This document shows, piece after piece, positions 54,522-64,000 of a stretch of DNA of 64,000 nt. The notes beneath the pieces were generated by a model. That model had not been told where the DNA came from and searched no databases. It saw only the letters and a program-made list of their open reading frames with translations. Origin of the DNA: a virus; IMG/VR virus record IMGVR_UViG_3300046832_000578. The stretch is one strand, 5' to 3'. A program made the position numbers and the translations under genes. Within the stretch, counting starts at the first letter, position 1. Each line of letters opens with the position of its first letter.

Positions 54522-55066
54522 AAAAAGAATTAGATGAAGCACTCTGTGCAAAGTATCCGCTGATCTTTAGAGATCGTCATGCGAATATGCAAACCACAGC
54601 CATGTGTTGGGGATTTGAATGCGGTGATGGTTGGTATAACATCATCGATGTTCTTTGTGGACTATTGACTTCTGAATATCGTGGTGCGAAAAGTCAATAC
54701 GAATACATTAAAGATAAAGTGAATCAACCAACATATGGTTTTAAAGATAATGGTGACCCTGTTGGTAAAATTATCACTCAAGAACTGATTGATGAACGTA
54801 AAGCAAAGATGGAAGAAGAAGAATTGAAAGTTCCAGTCGCTTCTCAGGTTAAAGAAAAGTTCGGTGGACTAAGATTCTATGTTCATGGTGCAACTGATAC
54901 ACATTATAAGTATATCACCTTTGCAGAGAGTATGAGTTATCGTACATGCGAAGAATGTGGTGCTCCAGGAAAAACATACACTGATGGTTGGCATACTACT
55001 CTGTGTGATATTCATGCAGCGATGGCTGGTCGTGAGGAAGAATATGAGTATGAGGAGAATGAATAA
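54518..55066 (+). CDS. Conserved phage hypothetical protein with Zn-binding C-terminus
   Basis: ECGDGW, QVKEKFGGLRFY, CEECG...TLCDIH. Confidence 0.75.
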   Translation: MKKELDEALCAKYPLIFRDRHANMQTTAMCWGFECGDGWYNIIDVLCGLLTSEYRGAKSQYEYIKDKVNQPTYGFKDNGDPVGKIITQELIDERKAKMEEEELKVPVASQVKEKFGGLRFYVHGATDTHYKYITFAESMSYRTCEECGAPGKTYTDGWHTTLCDIHAAMAGREEEYEYEENE

Positions 55067-55431
55067 TGTTTTATGGTAAAGACTCTATTGAGGAAAACTT
55101 TTCTCTTGTTTTAAAGAAACTTGATGAACAAGAATTGTTTCTGTTTGAACCAATGCCAAGTTATAAATTAAACGAAAGATGGACTGATGAATTTCGTATT
55201 CGTGATGGTCATACTAAACTTGCTGATGGTTCATGGGTAACTATTCATAAATTAACTACATATGTTGAGTCCCTAAAGAAAAGTACTACAGAATTATACG
55301 AACACTATCAAGAAACTCTTAGTCAGTTGAATATGGTGAGACAACAAAAGCGTGAGATGGAATTTGGTCTGCGTACTGCGCAGAAATCTTTGGATAAAGC
55401 ACTAGCAATGAAAGGTGATAGAGATGAGTAA
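55066..55431 (+). CDS. Hypothetical protein (coiled-coil C-terminus)
   Basis: 121 aa ORF in a tightly packed operon. Confidence 0.6.
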   Translation: MFYGKDSIEENFSLVLKKLDEQELFLFEPMPSYKLNERWTDEFRIRDGHTKLADGSWVTIHKLTTYVESLKKSTTELYEHYQETLSQLNMVRQQKREMEFGLRTAQKSLDKALAMKGDRDE

Positions 55432-55864
55432 AGAATATATTGAGATGTTAAAACAAGAACGACAGGTTCTACTTGATCGTTACGATCCTTACAATGAGGG
55501 TACTGGCCATTTTAATACTGCTGTTAGCGTATTGACTGCTCGTATTGAAGAGTTGGAAACTCCATCTAAAATCAAAGAAGGTTCAGTGTGGGTATTGGTT
55601 GAAGCAATTCAATCATATCGTATGCGTTACATGATTGAAACACCAGCAACTAATCCAGAGTATGCCATGGATGATGTTACCTGTGAAGATGCTAAAGAGT
55701 TTTCTCAATTGGCATTACCAGAAGTGATTACATCGCATCGTGTTGTTTCTGAAGAAGAAGCATTGATTCTTTGTGACATTGATAATGATTACACTAATGG
55801 TTGGACTAAAGAGCAAAAGATTAATGCATTCTTCACTAAAGAAGGTGAAGGTCGGGGATTCTAA
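55424..55864 (+). CDS. Hypothetical protein
   Basis: ORF in a packed operon; AKEFSQ motif. Confidence 0.6.
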   Translation: MSKEYIEMLKQERQVLLDRYDPYNEGTGHFNTAVSVLTARIEELETPSKIKEGSVWVLVEAIQSYRMRYMIETPATNPEYAMDDVTCEDAKEFSQLALPEVITSHRVVSEEEALILCDIDNDYTNGWTKEQKINAFFTKEGEGRGF

Positions 55865-56433
55865 TGTTTATGTTTGATGTAGAAACGCTGGGAGTAGAAT
55901 CAACTTGTGTGATTCTCTCTGCAGCTATGGTTCATTTTGATCCAGAAAAGCGACCAACATATCAAGACTTGTTGGACAATTCATGTTTCGTAAAGTTTGA
56001 TGTGAAGGAACAACTACAACTTGGAAGAACATCATCCAAGGGCACACTTGATTGGTGGAAAGGTCAACACGAATATGTTCGTAAGGTTTCTTTGGATCCA
56101 TCTCGTGAAGATATGACTGTCGAAAATGGCTTGAATGCATTCTATAACTACATGAGTAAGTTTGCAAATGCTGATAAACAAACAATGTGGGCACGAGGTT
56201 CACTTGATCAGATGGCGATTGATTCATTGGCAGTTAGAGTTGGCATGCAAGAAATTACAGGGTATAATGTATGGAGAGATGTCAGAACTGCAGTTGATAT
56301 TCTCTACGGCACTACAAATGGATATGTAGATGTAGATCATCCTTTGTTTAAGCGACATGAAGTCATCAAACATCATCCTGTTCACGACTGTGCACTTGAT
56401 GCAATGCAACTAATGTATGGAAAAATAACTTAA
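55864..56433 (+). CDS. DEDDh 3'-5' exonuclease (DexA-like)
   Basis: MFDVETLG, TLDWW..Q, WARG..D, RDVRT, HHPVHDCALD. Confidence 0.85.
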   Translation: MFMFDVETLGVESTCVILSAAMVHFDPEKRPTYQDLLDNSCFVKFDVKEQLQLGRTSSKGTLDWWKGQHEYVRKVSLDPSREDMTVENGLNAFYNYMSKFANADKQTMWARGSLDQMAIDSLAVRVGMQEITGYNVWRDVRTAVDILYGTTNGYVDVDHPLFKRHEVIKHHPVHDCALDAMQLMYGKIT

Positions 56434-58919
56434 TGGAATTTTACACAAGCGTCCATCCACTGGGCGATAAGATACTCGTTAGAGGGTACGATAAAGGAAG
56501 AGCATATCAGCGTAAGGTAGATTTCTACCCTACGCTTTTTGTCACTTCTAAGAAGCAATCTAAGTGGAAGACTTTGGATGATACATATGTTGATGAAGTA
56601 AAACCTGGAACGATTAAAGATACAAGAGAGTTTGTCAAACGCTACGAAGATGTAGAAGGTTTTGCTGTGTATGGTAATACCAATTACGCATATCAATATA
56701 TCAGCGACACTTATCAAGACGATGTCAATTGGGACATGGAACAAATCAAAGTATTCACCATTGACATTGAGACTGCCACTGAGAATGGATTCCCAGATAT
56801 CCGTAGTGCCAATGAAGAGATTCTTCTAATCACAATTAAGAATCTACAAACGAAAAACATTATCACCTTTGGCACTAAGCCATATGAAAACAAACGAGAA
56901 GATTGTCAGTATGTTTATTGTCGTGATGAACAACAACTACTAAAAGAGTTTATCATTTGGTGGCAACAGAACTATCCAGATTGTATCACTGGTTGGAATA
57001 CAGACTTCTTTGATGTGCCATATCTTATCAAACGATTGGACAGAGAACTTGGTGATTCATTCTCCAAGAAAGTTAGTCCATGGGGTTACATCAATGAACG
57101 CAAGACATTCATTAAAGGCAACGAAGAACTTCACTATGACATTCTAGGTATTTCTCAACTAGACTATCTCGAACTTTATAAAAAATATACATATACAAAG
57201 CAGGAGTCTTATCGTCTGGATTATATCGCACAAGAAGAACTTGGTGATAAGAAGAAAGAGAATCCAGGAACAGACTTTAAAGATTTCTATACAAACTATT
57301 GGGATAAGTTTGTTGAATATAACATTCACGATGTGGAGTTAGTTGATCAACTCGAAGACAAGATGCGTTTGATTGAACTGCATCTGACTATGGCATACAA
57401 TGCTAAGATTAATCCTGAAGATGTTTACTCACAAGTTCGTATGTGGGATACTATCATCTACAATCACCTGCGTAAGAAAGGTATTGTTATTCCAGCAAAG
57501 ACTTCTTCAGGTAAAGATGCACAGTTCGAAGGTGCTTTCGTTAAAGATCCAATTATCGGTATGCATAAATGGGTAGCATCCTTTGACTTAAACAGTTTGT
57601 ATCCGCACTTGATTATGCAATACAACATTAGTCCTGAGACCCTGACCAGTGAGAAACTCTCTGTCACAGTTGATAAATTGCTTAATCAAGAAGTGGATAC
57701 ATCTTATATTAAACGAAGAGATCTAACTCTGACTGCAAATGGATGGACATATCGTAAAGACATCAAAGGTTTTATGCCTGAGTTGATGGAGCATATGTAT
57801 GTTAATCGCTCCAAGTTTAAAAAACAGATGTTGAAAGTTGAACAAGAATACCAAAACGATAAGACAAAGGTTCATCTATTAAAAGATATTTCTCGTCTAA
57901 ACAATCTGCAGATGGCGATGAAGATTGCTCTTAACTCTGCTTATGGTGCGATGGGTAATCAATACTTCCGTTACTTTGATATTCGTATGGCTGAAGGTAT
58001 TACCACTTCTGGTCAGTTATCCATTCGTTGGATGGCAAACAAACTCAATGCATTCCTCAACAAAACTCTCAAGACAGAGGGTAAAGATTTCGTCATTGCC
58101 ATTGATACAGATTCGATCTATCTAACATTGGAAGATTTGATTGAGAAGGTTTGTGAAGGTAAAACTACTGAACAGAAAATCAAAACAATGGACAAGATCT
58201 GTGAAGAAGTTTTTCAACCATTTATTGATCAAGGATATGATGAACTTGCTGACTATATGAATGCGTATGGTCAGAAGATGCAAATGAAACGAGAAGTACT
58301 GGCTGACAAAGCAATCTGGACTGCCAAGAAACGATATGTTATTAATGTTCATAATTCGGAAGGAGTGCAATTTGCGAAACCTAAAATCAAAGTTATGGGT
58401 TTGGAGATGGTCAAGTCGTCTACACCTGCGGTTATTCGTGACAAACTTAGGGATTCGTTACAAGTTATTCTTGCTGGCGATCAAAAAGACCTACATACAT
58501 ATGTAACAGCATTTAAGAAAGAGTTCGATAAACTTCCAGTGCATGAAGTAGCATTTCCTCGTGGTGTGAATGGTATGAAACAGTATGCTGGTTCTCCGAT
58601 TTATACAAAGGGAACACCAATTCATGTTCGTGGTGCGTTGCTCTACAATCATCACTGTAAGCGTATGGGACTAGATAAAAAGTATCAACCAATTCGTGAT
58701 GGTGATAAGATTAAGTTTGTTTATGTTCGTACACCAAACCCTCTGCAAGAAGATGTGATTGCTTTTAGTCAGCATCTTCCAAAAGAGTTTGGACTGGAAG
58801 CATACATAGATTATGATAAACAATTTGAAAAAGTATTTCTTGATGCTCTACAGATTGTTATTCAACCACTAGGTTGGAAGACTCAAGAAGAAAGTTCATT
58901 GGAGGATTTCTTTGGCTAA
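56433..58919 (+). CDS. gp43: DNA polymerase, family B (gp43)
   Basis: Exonuclease DIET, GWN..FFD, YN..D; polymerase SFDLNSLYP, KIALNSAYG, IDTDS, KKRY; C-terminal SLEDFFG. Confidence 0.98.
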   Translation: MEFYTSVHPLGDKILVRGYDKGRAYQRKVDFYPTLFVTSKKQSKWKTLDDTYVDEVKPGTIKDTREFVKRYEDVEGFAVYGNTNYAYQYISDTYQDDVNWDMEQIKVFTIDIETATENGFPDIRSANEEILLITIKNLQTKNIITFGTKPYENKREDCQYVYCRDEQQLLKEFIIWWQQNYPDCITGWNTDFFDVPYLIKRLDRELGDSFSKKVSPWGYINERKTFIKGNEELHYDILGISQLDYLELYKKYTYTKQESYRLDYIAQEELGDKKKENPGTDFKDFYTNYWDKFVEYNIHDVELVDQLEDKMRLIELHLTMAYNAKINPEDVYSQVRMWDTIIYNHLRKKGIVIPAKTSSGKDAQFEGAFVKDPIIGMHKWVASFDLNSLYPHLIMQYNISPETLTSEKLSVTVDKLLNQEVDTSYIKRRDLTLTANGWTYRKDIKGFMPELMEHMYVNRSKFKKQMLKVEQEYQNDKTKVHLLKDISRLNNLQMAMKIALNSAYGAMGNQYFRYFDIRMAEGITTSGQLSIRWMANKLNAFLNKTLKTEGKDFVIAIDTDSIYLTLEDLIEKVCEGKTTEQKIKTMDKICEEVFQPFIDQGYDELADYMNAYGQKMQMKREVLADKAIWTAKKRYVINVHNSEGVQFAKPKIKVMGLEMVKSSTPAVIRDKLRDSLQVILAGDQKDLHTYVTAFKKEFDKLPVHEVAFPRGVNGMKQYAGSPIYTKGTPIHVRGALLYNHHCKRMGLDKKYQPIRDGDKIKFVYVRTPNPLQEDVIAFSQHLPKEFGLEAYIDYDKQFEKVFLDALQIVIQPLGWKTQEESSLEDFFG

Positions 58920-59463
58920 TATCAGAGTAATTAAAAAAGGAATAAATGTATCCAAGATACTGAAACAATTACATCAGTATCCAGAGGATTGGGGTGCTCA
59001 GAAAAACATTGATGGTGTAGGAGATCTTGTAGACGATTGCGGATTCCCTGCAGTTGAAGCAGGTGTTCTACAGTTAGTCATGGGAGTTGTCTCATCTAAA
59101 GATCAGTATGTGGGTGATAGTGAGATGTCTGCATCAACACCTGCATATAGTCATCATACAGAAATTATTTCATTCTTAAAGAGACACTTCAAGAAATTTG
59201 ATAGGTGTGGATTCTTATCATTACCCATTGCTGGTGTCGTTGGTCAACATATTGATATTGGATCTTACTATCAAACACGAGATAGATATCATCTTGCAAT
59301 TCAAGGTGCATATGATTATACAGTTGGAGGAGAGACTGTAAGAGTAGAAGAAGGTGACTTGATTTGGTTTGATAATAAACAATCACATGGAACAAAGAAT
59401 GTTGGAGATGCTGTAAGAATTACATTTGTGTTTGATGTTCCGCATGCCAAGAACAATCCATAA
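58912..59463 (+). CDS. Aspartyl/asparaginyl beta-hydroxylase-like 2OG-Fe(II) oxygenase
   Basis: VGQHIDIGSYY...RYHLAI, WFDNKQSHGTKN...RITFVFD. TTG start. Confidence 0.8.
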   Translation: MANIRVIKKGINVSKILKQLHQYPEDWGAQKNIDGVGDLVDDCGFPAVEAGVLQLVMGVVSSKDQYVGDSEMSASTPAYSHHTEIISFLKRHFKKFDRCGFLSLPIAGVVGQHIDIGSYYQTRDRYHLAIQGAYDYTVGGETVRVEEGDLIWFDNKQSHGTKNVGDAVRITFVFDVPHAKNNP

Positions 59464-59492
59464 TTGTCTTGCAACAAAAGTTACTGTATAAT
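59464..59492 (+). promoter_or_regulatory. Sigma70-type promoter for thioredoxin-uvsX
   Basis: TTGTCT-17 bp-TATAAT. Confidence 0.7.
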
Positions 59493-59503
59493 AGGAGATA
59501 TAA

Positions 59504-59755
59504 ATGAAAGTTTTAAAATTTTATGCCGACTGGTGTGGTCCATGCAAAGCATTGACAAGAATTATTGAAATCGCTGGAGAGAAAGTTACAATCCCAGTTG
59601 AAAATGTAAACATTGATGAGAACATTTTTCTTGCACAAGAGTTTAAAGTTCGTTCAGTTCCGACTATGATATTGGTTGATGATACTGAAAATGAAATTAA
59701 ACGACATGTCGGTTTAGTGAATGAAGAGAAATTATTAGAATTCCTGAAAGGTTAA
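59504..59755 (+). CDS. trxA: Thioredoxin
   Basis: KFYADWCGPCK, VRSVPT. Confidence 0.92.
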   Translation: MKVLKFYADWCGPCKALTRIIEIAGEKVTIPVENVNIDENIFLAQEFKVRSVPTMILVDDTENEIKRHVGLVNEEKLLEFLKG

Positions 59756-59756
59756 T

Positions 59757-60830
59757 ATGAGCATACTAGACAAAATTAAAAAGAATACAACAATCAAAGA
59801 TTCAGCAATTCTTGCTCAATCAAAATTCTTCGCTAAGAAGGACATGATTCCAACCTCAGTACCAATTATCAATGTGGCTTTATCTGGTCGTCTTGATGGT
59901 GGATTAGTTCCAGGATTGACGATGTGGGCTGGTCCAAGCAAGCACTTTAAAACTGCTTTCTCTTTGCTTATGGCAAAATCTTATTTGGACAAGTATGAAG
60001 ATGCAGCGTTATTGTTTTATGATTCTGAATTTGGTACTCCTCAGTCTTACTTTGATACCTTTGGTATTGATACTAAGCGAGTGCTTCACACTCCTGTTAC
60101 AGATGTTGAACAACTCAAGTTTGATATCATGCAGCAACTGTCAACCATCGAGCGTGGAGATCACCTCATTATCGTCATTGATTCGATAGGAAATCTCGCT
60201 TCCAAGAAAGAAGTAGAGGATGCATTGGACCAGAAAGCAGTTGCTGATATGAGTCGTGCAAAGCAGATGAAGAGTTTGTTCCGTATGGTTACACCTCATT
60301 TGTCCATGAAAGATATTCCACTTGTTGTAGTGAATCATACATATAAAGAGATTGGTCTTTATCCTAAAGACATCGTTGGTGGTGGTACTGGTTCTTACTA
60401 CTCAGCGGACAACATCTTTATTCTTGGTCGTCAGCAAGAGAAAGATGGAACTGAATTAACAGGTTACAATTTTATTATTAATGTTGAGAAGAGTCGTTAT
60501 GTTAAAGAAAAATCTAAGATACCTGTTAGCGTATCTTTTGATGGTGGTCTTAGTAAGTGGAGCGGTTTGCTTGATATTGCTCTTGAGTCCAAACATGTGG
60601 TCAAACCATCCAATGGTTGGTATTCCAAATGTGATCCAGTTACAGGAGAAGTAGAAGAAAAGAAATATCGTTTGAAAGATACTGACACTAAAGAGTTCTG
60701 GTTACCACTTCTTACAGATAAAACATTTTATGACTATGTCAAGAACAAATATTCAATGGGTCAGGGTGATATGATTAGAGCAGATGAGTTGGATAAGGCA
60801 CTTGAGGAATTGGAATTCGATGAAGAGTAA
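59757..60830 (+). CDS. uvsX: RecA-like recombinase UvsX
   Basis: INVALSG, AGPSKHFKT, FYDSEFG, IDSIGNLASKKE, VNHTY, GGTG.YYSAD, KSRYVKE. Confidence 0.95.
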   Translation: MSILDKIKKNTTIKDSAILAQSKFFAKKDMIPTSVPIINVALSGRLDGGLVPGLTMWAGPSKHFKTAFSLLMAKSYLDKYEDAALLFYDSEFGTPQSYFDTFGIDTKRVLHTPVTDVEQLKFDIMQQLSTIERGDHLIIVIDSIGNLASKKEVEDALDQKAVADMSRAKQMKSLFRMVTPHLSMKDIPLVVVNHTYKEIGLYPKDIVGGGTGSYYSADNIFILGRQQEKDGTELTGYNFIINVEKSRYVKEKSKIPVSVSFDGGLSKWSGLLDIALESKHVVKPSNGWYSKCDPVTGEVEEKKYRLKDTDTKEFWLPLLTDKTFYDYVKNKYSMGQGDMIRADELDKALEELEFDEE

Positions 60831-61152
60831 TTTACCCATAATTGTTACAGAAAACAAACACAATGGACTTCAAGCAATTAAATTGACAGAAGGTGCATTT
60901 GAGGGTATAATTTATACCTATGGGAAAGTTAGTATTGATGCAGATGAAGAGAATGATAAGATTCATCTAAAATTTGAATATGAAATTCTTGATTATGCGG
61001 ATAAAGGGTTGACAGACATGAAACCTTTTGAAGCATACATAGGTAAGATACTTGAAGGATTAATCCACGAGGGTGTCGAAGAAAATAATTTAACATACAC
61101 AGGCGGAGTTGATGAGAATAGAACAGAAGATTCTAAGCAATCTGATACATGA
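60820..61152 (+). CDS. Hypothetical protein at the gp40 position
   Basis: G.FEGIIYTYGKV...LKFEYEI; lies between uvsX and gp41. Confidence 0.6.
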   Translation: MKSNLPIIVTENKHNGLQAIKLTEGAFEGIIYTYGKVSIDADEENDKIHLKFEYEILDYADKGLTDMKPFEAYIGKILEGLIHEGVEENNLTYTGGVDENRTEDSKQSDT

Positions 61153-62500
61153 TGAGCATTATTGTCGTAAGGTAATTCCGTTTCTAAAGAAAGAGTATTT
61201 CACAGATCGTAAAGAAGCAATCCTTACAAGTGAGATTGTTTCCTTCTTCACAAAATACAACAAACCTGCAACAAAAGAAATTCTATCTATTGAAGTTGGA
61301 AATAGAAAAGATCTTAATGACAAAGAGTTAGTTGAACTTGCCGATTATATCGGTAGTTTAAATCATGAGCCAGTTAATGAAGACTGGATGCTAGAAAACA
61401 CTGAGAAGTTTTGTAAAGATAGAGCGGTTTATAATGCGATCCTTAATTCAATTAGTATCATCGATGGGCGAGACAAAATTCATACTAAAGATGCGATACC
61501 TAGCATCCTTAGCGATGCACTCGCTGTTTCTTTTGATAATCACATCGGTCATGACTATCTGGATGACCACCTTTCGAGGTTTGATTTTTATCACAGGGTT
61601 GAAGAGAAAATTCCTTTCGACCTTGACATGTTCAACAAAATCACCAAAGGTGGACTCTCAAAGAAAACCTTAAACATCGCACTTGCTGGCACTGGTGTTG
61701 GTAAGTCATTGTTCATGTGTCACATGAGTGCTGGTTGTTTGACACAAGGTAAAAATGTTTTATACATAACTATGGAAATGGCAGAAGAAAGAATCGCTGA
61801 GAGGATTGATGCGAATCTCTTGAACCTTACCATGGATGAATTGAAAGTTATTGATAAGGATATCTTTGAATCTCGTATCGCAAAGATTACAAGTAAGACT
61901 AAAGGTAAACTAATTGTCAAAGAATATCCAACTGCAAGTGCTCACTCTGGGCACTTTCGTGCATTGCTGGAAGAATTAAAACTGAAACGAGACTTTAGAC
62001 CTGATATAATCTTCATTGATTATCTTAACATCTGTGCGAGTCAGCGAATGAAGCAAGGTGGAAGTATTAACTCTTATACATATATTAAGGCAATCGCAGA
62101 AGAGTTGAGAGGTTTGGCAGTAGAGTATAATGTGCCAATCGTTTCAGCAACTCAAACAACTCGTTCTGGGTATACAAATTCAGATCCAGGACTAGAAGAT
62201 ACGAGTGAATCATTTGGTTTGCCAGCGACCGCTGACTTCATGTTTGCTTTGGTCAGCAATGAAGAATTAGAAGCGTTAAATCAAATCCTTGTAAAACAAT
62301 TAAAGAATCGTTACAACGATCCTAGTTTTTACAAACGATTTGTGATTGGAATTGATAGAGCAAAGATGAAATTGTATGACACAGAAGCATCTGCTCAAGT
62401 TAATATAAGTGACTCTGGTCAAGATGATGAGCCAGTGTTTGATAAGAGTAGTTTTGGTCGCAGACAAAAAGCAGAATCATTCGAGGGATTTAAGTTTTAG
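61112..62500 (+). CDS. gp41: Replicative DNA helicase gp41
   Basis: AGTGVGKS, YITMEMAEE.IAERIDAN, IVKEYPT, FIDYLNI, SATQTTR, SESFGLPATAD, KQLKNRY. Confidence 0.96.
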   Translation: MRIEQKILSNLIHDEHYCRKVIPFLKKEYFTDRKEAILTSEIVSFFTKYNKPATKEILSIEVGNRKDLNDKELVELADYIGSLNHEPVNEDWMLENTEKFCKDRAVYNAILNSISIIDGRDKIHTKDAIPSILSDALAVSFDNHIGHDYLDDHLSRFDFYHRVEEKIPFDLDMFNKITKGGLSKKTLNIALAGTGVGKSLFMCHMSAGCLTQGKNVLYITMEMAEERIAERIDANLLNLTMDELKVIDKDIFESRIAKITSKTKGKLIVKEYPTASAHSGHFRALLEELKLKRDFRPDIIFIDYLNICASQRMKQGGSINSYTYIKAIAEELRGLAVEYNVPIVSATQTTRSGYTNSDPGLEDTSESFGLPATADFMFALVSNEELEALNQILVKQLKNRYNDPSFYKRFVIGIDRAKMKLYDTEASAQVNISDSGQDDEPVFDKSSFGRRQKAESFEGFKF

Positions 62501-62509
62501 GAGAAAGAT

Positions 62510-63823
62510 ATGGTAAAAGTTATTGTAGCAAAACAGAAACATGATATGACTCATATGTTGGGACAGTTCCCTGATGAGTCGCATTATGATCATCTTATCG
62601 AGGAAGATACAGATGTATACATGCCAGAGATTCCAGGACATCCAGAGATGACATTCTCTGAAGAGAGGATTGTTCTGAAGTTTCGTAAGAATTATTTTAC
62701 AAAAGAACAACAAGACCAAGCATACATTGGACTTCGTGAAGCTGCAACTGAGACGCAGAATCGTGGACTTGCAGCTGGACCAAGAGCAGAGAAGTTAGGT
62801 AATCGTGAATGGGTCACTGAGTATGAATATGACATCGTTGATTACTTCAGTAATCCCAAAGCCAATCTATTTGGTGAAGATCCAATTGAAGCAATTCGTC
62901 AGGCACATAAGAACAAGAAGCCATCTCCGTCTAATCGTAATAATGTTTGGGGTATTTCTACTGTAAAGAAAGACAACTTCGTCTTTGAAGACTGGGTTGA
63001 AGCAACAAGAAAACTTTCTGAGAATGAAATGCGTGCAGAAGCAAAACGAGTTGCTGAGAAATATATCTGTGCAACAACCTATGCCAATGGTGTGTTCTCT
63101 GGTATTGCTGGATGGTTCGATCGTTATCCTCGCATTCCTTATGGTCGTGCAACATCTTATACTGCGAATCATCCAGACAAATTTGCTATGGCGTATCCAT
63201 TCCTACAGCAACTTGCACAGGGTTTTAAAGATCTGTTGCCATGGAGATATGGTAATCAGATGGAAGCAGCAAATAAAATGGATCCTCGTTTCTTAGTTCC
63301 AGAAACTCCATTCACTACTGTCACTGTGAATAGATCTTTTAGAACTGCGTGTCACTTTGATGCAGGTGACCTAACTTCTGGTCTATCAAATCTACTGACA
63401 TTATCAAACAATGGTAATTATCGTGGTTGCCATCTTGTTGCACCAGAGTATCGTGTCGCAGTAAATCCCAGACCTGGAGATCTACTTTTGATTAACAATC
63501 ATGAAGTAATGCATGGTAATACTCAGATTGAATTGCTTGATGATGTGGCAGAGAGAATTTCATTGGTTGTGTACTTCCGTGAGAAGATGCTTGAGTTAGG
63601 ATCTAAAGAGTATGAAGATTGTCGTTTTGACTTTGTTGAATCTCGCAGACTTAATAAAGAACATCCAGAACAACGACCATTGTGGAATGGTGTATCACCA
63701 TCAATGTGGGATTCTAAAGAATGGTTTGATTATCTAGAATCAAAACTAGGTACAGAAGTATTGAACAAGTATCATCCACCAAAGACTACAACTGTTAATG
63801 CACTCGAGGAGTTCTTCGGATAA
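62510..63823 (+). CDS. TET/JBP-family 2OG-Fe(II) DNA base dioxygenase
   Basis: PFTTVTVNRSFRTACHFDAGD (HxD), G.HLVAPEYRVAVN.RPGDLLL...HEVMHGNT (distal H), ERISLVVYFREKM (2OG-binding R); C-terminal LEEFFG. Confidence 0.85.
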   Translation: MVKVIVAKQKHDMTHMLGQFPDESHYDHLIEEDTDVYMPEIPGHPEMTFSEERIVLKFRKNYFTKEQQDQAYIGLREAATETQNRGLAAGPRAEKLGNREWVTEYEYDIVDYFSNPKANLFGEDPIEAIRQAHKNKKPSPSNRNNVWGISTVKKDNFVFEDWVEATRKLSENEMRAEAKRVAEKYICATTYANGVFSGIAGWFDRYPRIPYGRATSYTANHPDKFAMAYPFLQQLAQGFKDLLPWRYGNQMEAANKMDPRFLVPETPFTTVTVNRSFRTACHFDAGDLTSGLSNLLTLSNNGNYRGCHLVAPEYRVAVNPRPGDLLLINNHEVMHGNTQIELLDDVAERISLVVYFREKMLELGSKEYEDCRFDFVESRRLNKEHPEQRPLWNGVSPSMWDSKEWFDYLESKLGTEVLNKYHPPKTTTVNALEEFFG

Positions 63824-64000
63824 TGTGTGCCGTAATTGGAACAATCATTCAGAATCCTTCAACAAAGGATTTTGAAAATCTACTTCGTGTATTCCATGAG
63901 TCTAAGATTCGTGGAATGCATGCTACAGGAATCTCATATGTTAAGCATGGTAAAATCCATACTGAGAAACACCCAGTGCCAGCTAATAATTTTCCTTTTG
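63823..64000 (+). CDS. Class II (Ntn) glutamine amidotransferase-like protein, 3'-truncated by the window edge
   Basis: Not in the ORF track. MCAVIG...ESKIRGMHATGISY: Cys2 nucleophile and RG..A.G motif; start overlaps the TET/JBP stop (TAATG). Confidence 0.75.
   Translation, partial: MCAVIGTIIQNPSTKDFENLLRVFHESKIRGMHATGISYVKHGKIHTEKHPVPANNFPF

Noticed and set aside
1208-63172. All minus-strand ORFs and short alternative-frame plus-strand ORFs in the track
   Set aside because: They are shadows of long, motif-bearing plus-strand genes and show no recognisable motifs.
1-64000. tRNA genes, CRISPR arrays, introns, inteins, homing endonucleases
   Set aside because: No cloverleaf or repeat-spacer array seen by eye; gp17, gp41, gp43 and uvsX are uninterrupted and of normal length. 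A tRNAscan/Infernal run would be needed to be certain.

Overview
This window is 64 kb of a large T4-like (myovirus) phage genome, with every credible gene on the + strand. 1-5.9 kb: an AT-rich accessory cluster of three unknown proteins (two look paralogous), a SPASM radical SAM, a cobalamin-binding radical SAM and an Asp/Asn-hydroxylase-like oxygenase. 6-20 kb: tail-fibre and virion proteins, two with S74 chaperone domains, interrupted by three 2OG-Fe(II) oxygenases. 20-34 kb: the T4 core morphogenesis block (gp13, 14, 15, 17, 18, 19, 20, 21, 22, 23, 3), with no gp16 in its usual place. 34-64 kb: recombination, transcription and replication genes (uvsY, uvsW, gp55, gp47, gp46, CobS-like ATPase plus VWA protein, gp45, gp44, gp62, regA, hsp20, ligase, exonuclease, gp43, thioredoxin, uvsX, gp41). 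Main points of interest: (i) a 23-aa PqqA (PQQ precursor) gene at 49651-49722 that the ORF track misses, pointing to a methylotrophic betaproteobacterial host; (ii) a TET/JBP-type DNA dioxygenase whose C-terminal peptide matches the putative clamp-binding tail of the polymerase, followed by a class II glutamine amidotransferase, a candidate replication-coupled base-modification system; (iii) the radical SAM/oxygenase cluster beside the fibre genes, a candidate virion or peptide modification system; (iv) structured non-coding leaders and a repeated TTGTCTTTAATT sigma70-type promoter cassette. All calls come from motifs read by eye; no database searches were run.
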